A stretch of 64,000 nt of DNA from an uncultured Bacteroidota bacterium (GTDB lineage Bacteria; Bacteroidota; Bacteroidia; AKYH767-A; OLB10). The stretch covers positions 824 to 64,823 of the forward strand of contig CAADHD010000017.1 in assembly GCA_900696575.1 (NCBI GenBank), written 5' to 3'. The notes beneath the pieces are model-generated. The model did not search any database. It had not been told where the DNA came from and saw nothing but the letters and a program-made list of their open reading frames with translations. The stretch's first letter is position 1. Every line of letters begins with the position of its first letter. Of this stretch, positions 18,588 through 27,967 are shown piece by piece. The position numbers and the translations under genes were made by a program.

Positions 18588-19745
18588 TCAGCCTTCCATC
18601 CAGCTTTTATAGTAATCGTCAATCGAAATGCGCATGGCTTCTTTGGTAAGCCATAGCGGTCGGAAAGTGTCTATCATTACGGCTAATTCGCGTGTTTCTT
18701 TCTGCCCAATGCTTTTCTCCACCGTGCCCGGATGCGGTCCGTGAGGAATACCTGCCGGATGTAAGGTGATCTGTCCTTTTTCTACATTCTTGCGGCTCAT
18801 GAATTCTCCATCCACATAATAAAGCACCTCGTCCGAATCAATGTTGCTGTGATTGTACGGAGCTGGTATTGCCTGCGGATGATAATCATAAAGACGCGGC
18901 ACGAATGAACAGACTACAAAATTGTTCGCTTCAAAAGTCTGATGGATGGGAGGCGGCAGATGTACACGACCTGTTATAGGTTCAAAATCATGAATAGAAA
19001 ATGCCCAGGGATAACAGTTGCCGTCCCAGCCGATGGCATCAAAAGGATGAGTAGCATAAATAAAAGGATAAACGATTCCCTGCTTTTTAACCATTACGGT
19101 GAATTCGCCTTTTTCATCGTATGTTTTAAGGTTCAGTGGTTTGCGGATGTCGCGTTCGCAAAACGGAGCATGTTCTTCTAACTGTCCGTAAGCATTACGG
19201 TATCTGCGCGGTGTTTCAATAGCGCTGAAGGAATCAACCACCAGAAGACGGTTATTGCTGTCGTTAAAATGCAGTTGAAAAACCGTTCCTCTCGGAATGA
19301 TAAGGTAATCGCCATAGCCGAATTCGATTTCACCATAAAGCGAAACCATTTTACCGCTTCCATGATGAACAAAAATCATTTCATCGGCATCGGCATTTTT
19401 CAGAAAGTAATCCGTGATGGATTTTTTAGGAGCAGCCAGGGAAATGTGCAAATCATTATTCACCAGAACAGGTTTTTTGCTCCTGATGTAATCATCTTCC
19501 GGCTCAATCATGAATCCTTTAAAGCTGTGATGTTTCAGAAAACGCTGATGAACAACTTCCGGTTCTCGCGAAAAAGGTTCTAATGTTTTTTTGATAAGGG
19601 TAGGAGGATAGAGGTGATAAATAAGCGAATATACATTGCTGAAGCCATGGGTAGAAAAAAGTTCTTCGGAATACAATGAACCATCCGGTTTTCGGAATTG
19701 CGTATGGCGTTTATGAGGAATCTGACCTAAGGTGTGATACTGCGG
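18588..19745 (-). CDS. hmgA: homogentisate 1,2-dioxygenase
   Basis: ~385 aa cupin dioxygenase. The N-terminus MPQYHTLGQIPHKRHTQF...PDGSLYSEELFSTHGF is typical of Bacteroidota HmgA. Confidence 0.7.
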   Translation of the reverse strand, partial: PQYHTLGQIPHKRHTQFRKPDGSLYSEELFSTHGFSNVYSLIYHLYPPTLIKKTLEPFSREPEVVHQRFLKHHSFKGFMIEPEDDYIRSKKPVLVNNDLHISLAAPKKSITDYFLKNADADEMIFVHHGSGKMVSLYGEIEFGYGDYLIIPRGTVFQLHFNDSNNRLLVVDSFSAIETPRRYRNAYGQLEEHAPFCERDIRKPLNLKTYDEKGEFTVMVKKQGIVYPFIYATHPFDAIGWDGNCYPWAFSIHDFEPITGRVHLPPPIHQTFEANNFVVCSFVPRLYDYHPQAIPAPYNHSNIDSDEVLYYVDGEFMSRKNVEKGQITLHPAGIPHGPHPGTVEKSIGQKETRELAVMIDTFRPLWLTKEAMRISIDDYYKSWMEG

Positions 19746-19811
19746 CATAATTTTTTTTTGGCTTGCCAAAAGTAGAAAGAATGCATTTGCAGGATGTGAT
19801 TAAAATCAATA

Positions 19812-19845
19812 AAAAAAACGCTGCATTATGCAGCGTCTTCGTATT
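19812..19845 (-). terminator. rho-independent terminator (minus strand)
   Basis: Reverse complement reads AAGACGCTGCAtaaTGCAGCGTTTTTTTT. It lies just downstream of the small minus-strand ORF. Confidence 0.55.
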
Positions 19846-19862
19846 TAATAAAATGGTATGAC

Positions 19863-20090
19863 TCAGTCTTTTCTTCTGGTACCCGGTACTTCCGATTTTC
19901 TCACGCAGCATTTGTCAGTATGGCGGTCCTTTTTAACCTGACGTACATTTTCACCGGATGGCTGCTGCCTTCTTTCCTTTTCCTGAGTTTGTACAGGGGT
20001 ACGATTTGGTTGCTGACGGTTAACTGCATGCTGGGCATGAGCAAATAATCCCAGCATGGATAAGAGAAGAGTAACAACCAGTGCTTTCAT
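19863..20090 (-). CDS. small secreted basic protein (hypothetical)
   Basis: Signal peptide MKALVVTLLLSMLGLFAHAQ, then an R/K/Q-rich tail. A terminator follows it. Confidence 0.35.
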   Translation of the reverse strand: MKALVVTLLLSMLGLFAHAQHAVNRQQPNRTPVQTQEKERRQQPSGENVRQVKKDRHTDKCCVRKSEVPGTRRKD

Positions 20091-20145
20091 GTTTTCTTTC
20101 TATTACGCCACAAAGGTGATAATGTTGCTCTGAATTACAAGTGAA

Positions 20146-21486
20146 TCAAACAGTACTTTTCCTGAATACAAGCCTGAATGTACTTCCTTCATTCAGTGTG
20201 GATTGAACGGAAATATCAATTCTATGAAATTCTGCAATGGTTTTAACTATCGGTAAGCCAAGCCCGAAACTGTTGTCATCATCCTTATTGAGTTTCTTAA
20301 ATCGGGTGAAGATATGTTCAATCTGGCTTTTATCAATACCGCAGCCGGTATCTTTTATTTCCAGCACATAATCATTTCCGGAAACTTTTCCCGAAATATC
20401 AATGCTTCCGTTATCCTTGTTGTATTTAATGGCATTGTTAACCAGGTTAAAAATCATGGTGTAGATAAGGCTTCGGTTGCATGGCTGGTATTGAAAGTTT
20501 TCGGTTTGTTGTGAAATACTGATGTTTCTTGACTGAGCGCGGTCTTCCAGTTCATCTACAGCTTCGTTAATCACTGATTTCAATTCGGCTTTCTCATCTT
20601 TCAGATATTGTTCGTTTTCAATTCTCGAAATCATCAGCAAGGCTCTGATGATGCGGCTAAGGCGATGGATGGTTTTCTGTGATTCCATCACCTTTAACGA
20701 TACATGTTCAGGGGTAGAAGGATCAGCTACAATGTTTTCAAGCCGCGATTTAAGTATGGATAGCGGAGTGAGCAATTCATGCGATACATTCGAAATAAAT
20801 TCTCTTTCTATGTTGAATGCATCCTGAATTTTCTTCATCAGGTTATCAATGCTTTCATCGAGATATGCGAATTCGTAAGTGGTGCTTTTTATTTTGTGAA
20901 AATGAAACTGCATGGGCGAATTGGTTCTCCGCAGCTTCTTGTCAACAATCAGGTAAAAGGGGCGCAGCAATAACCTTGAAAAACCTAAATCGAAAAAAAC
21001 TGAAATAAGAACAATTAAAGCCATGCTGTACAATGAAAATGTTACAATGGTGCGTTTAAGCTGTTCAATAGCCGATACCCCTTCGCCAATGTTCAGTTCA
21101 TACCATTGGTTATCGTAAAGAAAAGGCTGCCTTATTACGCGGTGCTCCTGCTGATTACCTTCGTCAATATTCCAGATTTCGTTACTGAATACCGATGAAT
21201 CCGGATTATGCGCTCCATCATTGCTGATAGGCTGAATGGAGATAAATTCTTCCTTAAAAATGTTGTAATCGTCAAAACTGCAGTCTTCTTCGAGCAGCGC
21301 CTGATCAAGACCTCCAAGTTTTATTTTTTTAAGTATAAGATCGCGCCTGGCTTCCAGCCTGCTGTCAATGTGTTTATATACAACCTGCTCGGCAATGGCA
21401 GGAAGCAAAAGAGCGAAAGCGCCAATAATCAGCGCTTTCGAAAGGGCATTGTAAATGACAAATTTTAACTGAAGCCTCATGGGCAA
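20146..21486 (-). CDS. sensor histidine kinase
   Basis: Two TM segments, a HisKA region (SHELLTPLS) and a HATPase_c region (N...DTGCGI...GLGL). Confidence 0.8.
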   Translation of the reverse strand: MPMRLQLKFVIYNALSKALIIGAFALLLPAIAEQVVYKHIDSRLEARRDLILKKIKLGGLDQALLEEDCSFDDYNIFKEEFISIQPISNDGAHNPDSSVFSNEIWNIDEGNQQEHRVIRQPFLYDNQWYELNIGEGVSAIEQLKRTIVTFSLYSMALIVLISVFFDLGFSRLLLRPFYLIVDKKLRRTNSPMQFHFHKIKSTTYEFAYLDESIDNLMKKIQDAFNIEREFISNVSHELLTPLSILKSRLENIVADPSTPEHVSLKVMESQKTIHRLSRIIRALLMISRIENEQYLKDEKAELKSVINEAVDELEDRAQSRNISISQQTENFQYQPCNRSLIYTMIFNLVNNAIKYNKDNGSIDISGKVSGNDYVLEIKDTGCGIDKSQIEHIFTRFKKLNKDDDNSFGLGLPIVKTIAEFHRIDISVQSTLNEGSTFRLVFRKSTV

Positions 21487-22170
21487 TTATGTTCCCGGCA
21501 GGTTAAATCGGTAACCTATTCCTCTTTCAGTTTCGAACCAATCAATAGGCGCAAACGCTGTAAGTTTCTTGCGAAGATTTTTAACATGTACGTCAATAAA
21601 GTTTGAATCATATTCCTCGTCCATCGTATCGCCCCAGATATGTTCTATCAGTTGCATCCTTGTAAGTACGCGGTTACGGTTTAAGGCAAGGTAATGCATC
21701 AGGTCAAATTCTTTTTTGGTAAGCGGAACAAGGTTTCCGTTATGATGTACAGTGCGGTTGTTAATGTCCATCACAAAATCTTTAATCTGCAGGGTGTTTG
21801 ACTTCAAACCATGCTTTCTGCGTAGAATAGCCTGCATACGCGCCTGCAATTCTGCAAGTGAAAATGGTTTTGACAGGTAATCATCAGCGCCCATTTCAAG
21901 TCCTTTTACTTTGTCATCTACATGGCCGCGGGCAGTAAGTATAATGAATGCCGCTTCGCAACCTTTGGCTTTTGCTTCTTTAAGCACCAGCAAGCCGTCA
22001 GTATCGGGCAAGCCTAAATCAAGCAACACAAAGTCATAGCTGTTCTCTTCTATTCGCTGAAGAGCTATGGCTCCGCTGAATGCGGCATCGCAGTGATATC
22101 CTTCTTTGGTCAGAAAAATTTCGATTTCGTGGCTGAGGCTTCGCTCGTCTTCTACAATCAGTACAGTCAT
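21487..22170 (-). CDS. OmpR-family response regulator transcription factor
   Basis: Receiver domain (LIVEDE...DLGLPD...K) plus a winged-helix C-terminus. It is adjacent to the kinase. Confidence 0.85.
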   Translation of the reverse strand: MTVLIVEDERSLSHEIEIFLTKEGYHCDAAFSGAIALQRIEENSYDFVLLDLGLPDTDGLLVLKEAKAKGCEAAFIILTARGHVDDKVKGLEMGADDYLSKPFSLAELQARMQAILRRKHGLKSNTLQIKDFVMDINNRTVHHNGNLVPLTKKEFDLMHYLALNRNRVLTRMQLIEHIWGDTMDEEYDSNFIDVHVKNLRKKLTAFAPIDWFETERGIGYRFNLPGT

Positions 22171-22175
22171 AAGTT

Positions 22176-23369
22176 TTAAGTTTTAGAAGTTACAGTGTTT
22201 ACGGATGATAAAATGATTTTACAAGCAGTTTGAATTTCGTGCAGACTTATGTTCAGTGGGGGCGCAATTCTCAGTTTTTTCGGTGCAAATAAAAACCAAT
22301 CGGTAATTATTCCGTTGAGGATACATTGCTTTATTACCTGCTGACATATTTCTGTATTTTCAAACTCAATACCAAGAAGCAGGCCTTTGCCGCTGATGTT
22401 GATGATGGAAGGATGAACGAGCATCTGCCTGATAAGATTTTCTCTCTCATAGATTTCCTTTTCGCTGATTGCTGAAATTATTTTTAGTGATGCTTCTGCA
22501 GCAGCACAACAGACCGGATGCCCTCCGAAGGTGGTAATGTGTCCGAGCGGAGGATTTTCACTAAGCGTCTGCATTATTTTTCTGCCGGCAATAAAAGCAC
22601 CTAAGGGCATTCCGCCACCGAATGCTTTAGCCAATACTAAAACATCAGGCACGGTTCCATAGTGTTCAAAGGCAAACAGTTTTCCTGTTCGCCTCATGCC
22701 GGTCTGAATTTCATCGGCAATGAGTAAGGTGCCTGTTTCATCACAACGTTTTTTCAGTGCAGCAAAAAAGGAATCTTCGGCAGTAAGCGCTCCGGCTTCG
22801 GCCTGCACAAATTCGGTTACAATGGCAGCCGTGTTTTCGGTGATAAGTTTCAGGTGAGAAGCATTGCCAAAATCTATCCATTTAATGCCGGGAACCAGCG
22901 GACGGAAGGCATCTTTAAAATATGAATTGCTCATCAGGCTCAGGGCTCCTGCCGTGCTGCCATGATAGGCATTGCGGAATGCCATGATTTCATACCGGCC
23001 TGTAAATCGCCTGGCCAATTTCAAAGCGCCTTCAATGGCTTCAGTTCCTGAGTTTACAAAATAACAACTGTTCAAAGTTGAAGGCAGCAGCGAACAAAGA
23101 AGTTCGGCAAGGTTGTTTTGAGGCGCTTGAATAAACTCTCCGTAAACCATCACATGGGCATGTTTATCAAGCTGACGGATGATTGCCTTTTTAATTTCGG
23201 TATGATTATGACCCAGGCTGCTTACTGAAATGCCTGAAATAAGGTCAATGTACTTTTTGCCTGACGTATCGGTAATTATGCTTCCTTCTGCGCTTTCTAT
23301 TTCAAGCATCAGTGGAGCCGTACTGGTAGGGGCAAGGTAACGAAGAAAAATTTCGCGGGCAGCAGACAT
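22176..23369 (-). CDS. class III (acetylornithine/GABA-type) aminotransferase
   Basis: 397 aa with LIADEIQTG and a PLP-lysine region (LAKAFGGGMPLGA). Confidence 0.7.
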   Translation of the reverse strand: MSAAREIFLRYLAPTSTAPLMLEIESAEGSIITDTSGKKYIDLISGISVSSLGHNHTEIKKAIIRQLDKHAHVMVYGEFIQAPQNNLAELLCSLLPSTLNSCYFVNSGTEAIEGALKLARRFTGRYEIMAFRNAYHGSTAGALSLMSNSYFKDAFRPLVPGIKWIDFGNASHLKLITENTAAIVTEFVQAEAGALTAEDSFFAALKKRCDETGTLLIADEIQTGMRRTGKLFAFEHYGTVPDVLVLAKAFGGGMPLGAFIAGRKIMQTLSENPPLGHITTFGGHPVCCAAAEASLKIISAISEKEIYERENLIRQMLVHPSIINISGKGLLLGIEFENTEICQQVIKQCILNGIITDWFLFAPKKLRIAPPLNISLHEIQTACKIILSSVNTVTSKT

Positions 23370-23485
23370 GAGCCAAAGAAAATGAATCAGGATGAAAATT
23401 GTTTTTTGAACTGGCTAATACCTGAGTGGTTGCTCTTGATTTTAAATTTCCTCTGTTCACTATTACCGTTCCGTCAAAGTTTAAA

Positions 23486-23493
23486 TACATTTG
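23486..23493 (+). promoter_or_regulatory. Bacteroidota -7 promoter element TAnnTTTG upstream of tRNA-His
   Basis: TACATTTG lies ~13 bp upstream of the tRNA 5' end. Confidence 0.35.
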
Positions 23494-23505
23494 CGCCCCC
23501 GAAAC

Positions 23506-23580
23506 GGTGATTGTAGCTCAGTTGGTTAGAGCGCCAGATTGTGGCTCTGGAGGTCGCGGGTTCGAGTCCCGTCTTTCACC
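23506..23580 (+). tRNA. tRNA-His (anticodon GTG) with an encoded G-1
   Basis: D-arm GCTCAGTTGGTTAGAGC. Anticodon stem-loop CCAGA-TTGTGGC-TCTGG. T-arm GCGGGTTCGAGTCCCGT. An extra 5' G pairs with C73. Acceptor-stem positions 5:68 and 6:67 are T:T mismatches. Confidence 0.7.
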
Positions 23581-23600
23581 CTTATTGTTCAGTCTTAAGG

Positions 23601-25514
23601 ATGAGGTATGTTTTGCTGCTTTTAATACTGCCTTTTTTCGCTAACAGCCAAAAGCCGTTACCCTGTCCGCCTCCTGCATCATCCAAAGCCAAAAGCCTTT
23701 TCGAGAAAGCTGTATCGGCCCGTAAAACCGGTAAGAAGTACGAGCAGGTAAAAGAGCTTGCCTTTAAAGCCGTTGAAGAAGACACTGCTTATGCCGATGC
23801 CTGGAAACTGATTGGCGATATGGCTTTCAACATGCGTGATTACAAGGTGATGAAAGAAGCATACGCCAAACTGATTGCCGCTTGCCCCGATGCTTCGCCC
23901 GAATCGCATTTCCGTTTGGGAAGTTACTTGTACGACACAAAAAAGTATGCAGAATGCGAAAAATACCTGAAAAGTTTTCTTGATTTCGGCAGCCAGGCAA
24001 AAGAGGATCAGATCAAACGTGCAGAATTACTTCTGGTAAGAGCTAAGCTGATGGCCAATCCCGTTTCTTTTAATCCTGTTGTGGTAAAGGAAATAAGCAC
24101 ATCAGACCCGGAGTATCTTGCCGTTATATCTGCCGATAACGAGCAGTGTTTTTTTACACGCAGGTTCGAAATCACCAGCAAATCGGCATTAACACCCATC
24201 AGCGTTGAAAAATTTATGACAGCAAAAAGAAAAGCAGATGGAAATTTTGAACGTGGCGAACCAATGCCACCACCATTCAACTCAAGAAATTCCAATAATG
24301 AAGGAGGCCCTTCGGTCACCATAGATAACCTTGTCATTTATTTCACAGTTAATCAGGGCGGCAATTTTGATATCTGCTATTCCGAATGGAAAAAAGATGC
24401 CTGGGGGCCTATCACTAATCTTGGATATGAGGTGAATGACCCAAAGCAGTGGGATTCGCAGCCCAGCATTTCTTCCGATGGAAAAACACTGTACTTCGCT
24501 TCCTTCCGCGATTCGGTTACCATGACATCTGACATTTATGTTACCAGAAAAACCAACGGTAAGTGGAGCAAAGCAAAACCATTAAGCAGCATGATTAACA
24601 CAAACGGAAACGAAAAAACACCCTTTATTCATCCTGACGGAAAATCGCTTTACTTCTCATCCGACAGTTTGCCCGGCATGGGCGGCTTTGATATTTTCGT
24701 CAGCCGCATGGATGATAAAGGCAACTGGAGTAAACCGGTTAACCTTGGTTACCCGATCAATACCGAAGGCGATGAAGTAGGTTTTTTTGTAAGCACCGAT
24801 GGCCGCACAGGATATTTTGCTTCTAACACAGTCATTTCCGGAAAAGGTTATGACATTTACTCTTTCGATATTCCTGAACAGGTTAAACCCGAGAAAGTAT
24901 TGATGGTAACAGGTACATTGATGGATGAAGAAAAAGAAGTTCCTAAGGCAGCGAAGATTGAACTGAAGAATATAACTACAAATGACATTACCAATCTTGA
25001 GTACGATACACTTACCGGGCGGTATGCTTCTGTTGTTCCTTTTAAAGATGATTACATGCTTACGGTAAAAAAGGATAATGCCGCATTCGCTTCTTCCTAT
25101 TTTTCGAAAGAAGATACCGTCAATTTTGCACCGGTGAAAGTAAATTTTGAATTAAAGAAAATAGAACTGGGCGTAAGTTACACCTTGCCTGATATTCTTT
25201 TTGCTACCGATTCTTATGAACTGTCTTTAGGCTCAAAAAGAGTGATTGCCGAATTCAAAGAGTTTCTCGATAAAAATCCCAAATTGCATATTGCCATTAA
25301 CGGCCATACCGATAACAGCGGCACTGCAGAGAAAAATCTTGTGCTTAGCCAGCAGCGTGCAAAAGCGGTTTACAATTTTCTTATCAGCCTTGGTATTTCC
25401 CCTTCGCGGTTAACCTCACAGGGATTCGGCCAATCCAAACCTGTTGATTCCAATTTGACTGCCGAAGGGCGGGCTAAGAACCGCAGAACTGAATTTGTAA
25501 TCACCGCCAAGTAA
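23601..25514 (+). CDS. OmpA-family peptidoglycan-binding protein with N-terminal TPR and PD40/WD40-like beta-propeller repeats (PorE-like architecture)
   Basis: Signal peptide, TPR region, repeated ...G...LYF(A)S.R propeller blades, and a C-terminal OmpA_C domain (NGHTDNSGTAEKNLVLSQQRAKAV...NRRTEF). Confidence 0.65.
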   Translation: MRYVLLLLILPFFANSQKPLPCPPPASSKAKSLFEKAVSARKTGKKYEQVKELAFKAVEEDTAYADAWKLIGDMAFNMRDYKVMKEAYAKLIAACPDASPESHFRLGSYLYDTKKYAECEKYLKSFLDFGSQAKEDQIKRAELLLVRAKLMANPVSFNPVVVKEISTSDPEYLAVISADNEQCFFTRRFEITSKSALTPISVEKFMTAKRKADGNFERGEPMPPPFNSRNSNNEGGPSVTIDNLVIYFTVNQGGNFDICYSEWKKDAWGPITNLGYEVNDPKQWDSQPSISSDGKTLYFASFRDSVTMTSDIYVTRKTNGKWSKAKPLSSMINTNGNEKTPFIHPDGKSLYFSSDSLPGMGGFDIFVSRMDDKGNWSKPVNLGYPINTEGDEVGFFVSTDGRTGYFASNTVISGKGYDIYSFDIPEQVKPEKVLMVTGTLMDEEKEVPKAAKIELKNITTNDITNLEYDTLTGRYASVVPFKDDYMLTVKKDNAAFASSYFSKEDTVNFAPVKVNFELKKIELGVSYTLPDILFATDSYELSLGSKRVIAEFKEFLDKNPKLHIAINGHTDNSGTAEKNLVLSQQRAKAVYNFLISLGISPSRLTSQGFGQSKPVDSNLTAEGRAKNRRTEFVITAK

Positions 25515-25516
25515 TC

Positions 25517-26179
25517 ATGCTTGAGGAGAATTTGAAAACCATTTCGGCCGAAGCTGAAAAGCATCAGGCTGTTTTGGTAGCCGTTTCTAAGACTAAAAGC
25601 ATGGATGAGATTCTTCAGGTTTATGATAAAGGCATCCGTCATTTCGGTGAGAATTATGCCGATGAACTTGTCGCGAAACACATCCGGCTTCCCGATGATA
25701 TATTCTGGCACTTCATCGGCCATCTTCAATCGAATAAAGCCAAACTTATTGCTCCTTTTGTTTATCTCATTCATTCGGTTGACAGCATCCGGTTGCTTAA
25801 TGAACTGGAAAAACAAGGCTCAAAATACAACCGGGTAATAAAATGTCTGCTGCAGGTCCATATTGCTAAGGAAGAAAGCAAGTTTGGCATCAAACCTGAG
25901 AAGCTGATGGATTTCATTCACGAATCATTAAAAACAAAACGCAGGCATGTTCTGATTGACGGGCTGATGGGAATGGCTACGCTTACCGGTGATGAACAAA
26001 GCATCCGCAATGAATTCAGACAACTTAAATTGCTTTTTGAAGAAGCAAAAAAACTATTGCCCCAAATTTCCATTCTCAGCATGGGCATGACCAGCGATTA
26101 TACCATTGCCCTTGAAGAAGGCAGCACCATGATTCGCATAGGCAGCGCCATATTTGGCGAGAGGAATAGTGGAACATGA
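25517..26179 (+). CDS. YggS family PLP homeostasis protein
   Basis: 220 aa with an alanine-racemase N-terminal-like fold (AVSKTKSMDEILQVYDKGIRHFGENY). Confidence 0.8.
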   Translation: MLEENLKTISAEAEKHQAVLVAVSKTKSMDEILQVYDKGIRHFGENYADELVAKHIRLPDDIFWHFIGHLQSNKAKLIAPFVYLIHSVDSIRLLNELEKQGSKYNRVIKCLLQVHIAKEESKFGIKPEKLMDFIHESLKTKRRHVLIDGLMGMATLTGDEQSIRNEFRQLKLLFEEAKKLLPQISILSMGMTSDYTIALEEGSTMIRIGSAIFGERNSGT

Positions 26180-26297
26180 GCAGTAAGCTCGGTTTTGAAT
26201 TATGGAGCTGTAATGTACCGCTTGTAGTCTGCTGCTGAGTGTAACTTAAACACTCGCTCATTTCTTACTTTTGCCCTCCGTTTTTAAAAACCAGATT

Positions 26298-27923
26298 ATG
26301 TCAACCGGATTTTACAAAGTACCCGTAGCCGTTAATGAACCCATTCTTGATTATGCGCCCGGCAGCCCCGAGCGCGATGCATTAAAGAGAACCATTGAAC
26401 AAATGCGCTCTGTGCAGATAGATGCACCCATGATCATTGATGGCAAACCTGTGGATACCGGTAAAAAAGGACGCATGGCTCCGCCTCATGACCATAAACA
26501 TACTCTTGGGCACTACTCCATTGGCAGCACTACCCATGTAAAGCAGGCCATTGATGCAGCACTGAAAGCCAAAGCCGGTTGGGCAGCTATGAACTGGGAA
26601 CACCGGCTTGCCATCTTTCTAAAAGCCGCTGAGTTGCTTGCAGGACCTTACCGTTATAAAATTAATGCGGCCACCATGCTTGGCCAAAGCAAAAATGTTT
26701 TTCAGGCTGAGATTGATGCTGCCTGCGAAATGATAGATTTCCTGCGCTTCAATGTTCAGTATGCAACGGAGATTTACAGCCAGCAGCCCATATCCTCCAG
26801 AGGTGTATGGAACAGGGTAGAACAACGCCCGCTCGAAGGGTTTGTATTTGCGCTTACACCATTCAACTTTACAGCCATAGCGGGCAACCTGCCAACCTCT
26901 GTTGCCATGATGGGCAATACCGTAGTGTGGAAACCGGCCTTTGCTCAGATTTATTCCGCGCAGGTGCTGATGGAAGTATTTATGAAAGCCGGATTGCCCG
27001 ATGGAGTTATCAACCTCATTTATGTATCAGGACAGGAAACCGGTGAGGTTATCTTTAAGCATCCCGATTTTGCCGGAATACATTATACCGGAAGCACCGG
27101 TGTGTTTCAGGGTATATGGTCAGAGATAGGGAAGTACATCAGCTTTTACAAAACATATCCCCGTATTGTAGGCGAAACCGGTGGCAAAGATTTCATCCTT
27201 GCCCATCCGAGTGCTGATGTGGATGTGCTGGTAACAGCTCTTACCCGTGCGGCATTTGAGTATCAGGGTCAGAAATGCAGTGCAGCCTCGCGTGCTTACA
27301 TACCTGAAAGCCTGTGGCCTGAGCTCAGAAAAAAACTGACCGATAACATTTCCTCATTCAAAACAGGAGGGACTGAAGATTTTTCCTGCTTCTTCAATGC
27401 AGTGATTGACGAAAAAGCATTTGATAAAATTGCCGCTTACATTGATGCTGCCAAAAAGAGCAAAGACATTGAAGTGATTGCAGGAGGTAATTACGATAAA
27501 TCGAACGGTTATTTTATTGAGCCTACCGTTCTGCGTACCTCCAATCCCTACTACGTAACCATGTGCGAAGAAATCTTCGGGCCCGTACTTACGCTTTATG
27601 TATATCCTGATAATAAGTTTGAAGAGATACTTGATGTGGTTGACAAAACGGCAGTGTATGCACTTACAGGCGCTATCATAGCACAAGACCGTTATGCCAT
27701 TCAGCTTGCCACCTCACGGCTTAGCAATGCAGCCGGTAATTTTTATATCAACGATAAGTGTACGGGAGCCGTTGTAGGTCAACAACCCTTTGGCGGAGGC
27801 CGTGCATCGGGTACCAACGATAAAGCCGGCAGCATGATCAACCTGTTGCGTTGGGTTTCACCTCGTACTATCAAAGAACTGTTTGTTCCTCCGGTTAATT
27901 ACCGCTATCCGTTTATGAAATAA
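26298..27923 (+). CDS. pruA: L-glutamate gamma-semialdehyde (1-pyrroline-5-carboxylate) dehydrogenase
   Basis: ~540-aa aldehyde dehydrogenase with VGETGGKDF and the catalytic Cys in GQKCSAAS. A -7-like TACTTTTG lies upstream. Confidence 0.7.
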   Translation: MSTGFYKVPVAVNEPILDYAPGSPERDALKRTIEQMRSVQIDAPMIIDGKPVDTGKKGRMAPPHDHKHTLGHYSIGSTTHVKQAIDAALKAKAGWAAMNWEHRLAIFLKAAELLAGPYRYKINAATMLGQSKNVFQAEIDAACEMIDFLRFNVQYATEIYSQQPISSRGVWNRVEQRPLEGFVFALTPFNFTAIAGNLPTSVAMMGNTVVWKPAFAQIYSAQVLMEVFMKAGLPDGVINLIYVSGQETGEVIFKHPDFAGIHYTGSTGVFQGIWSEIGKYISFYKTYPRIVGETGGKDFILAHPSADVDVLVTALTRAAFEYQGQKCSAASRAYIPESLWPELRKKLTDNISSFKTGGTEDFSCFFNAVIDEKAFDKIAAYIDAAKKSKDIEVIAGGNYDKSNGYFIEPTVLRTSNPYYVTMCEEIFGPVLTLYVYPDNKFEEILDVVDKTAVYALTGAIIAQDRYAIQLATSRLSNAAGNFYINDKCTGAVVGQQPFGGGRASGTNDKAGSMINLLRWVSPRTIKELFVPPVNYRYPFMK

Positions 27924-27967
27924 TCAATCCGCCCGAAACGGTTTGATTTATTTGTCCGTTCCTCATC

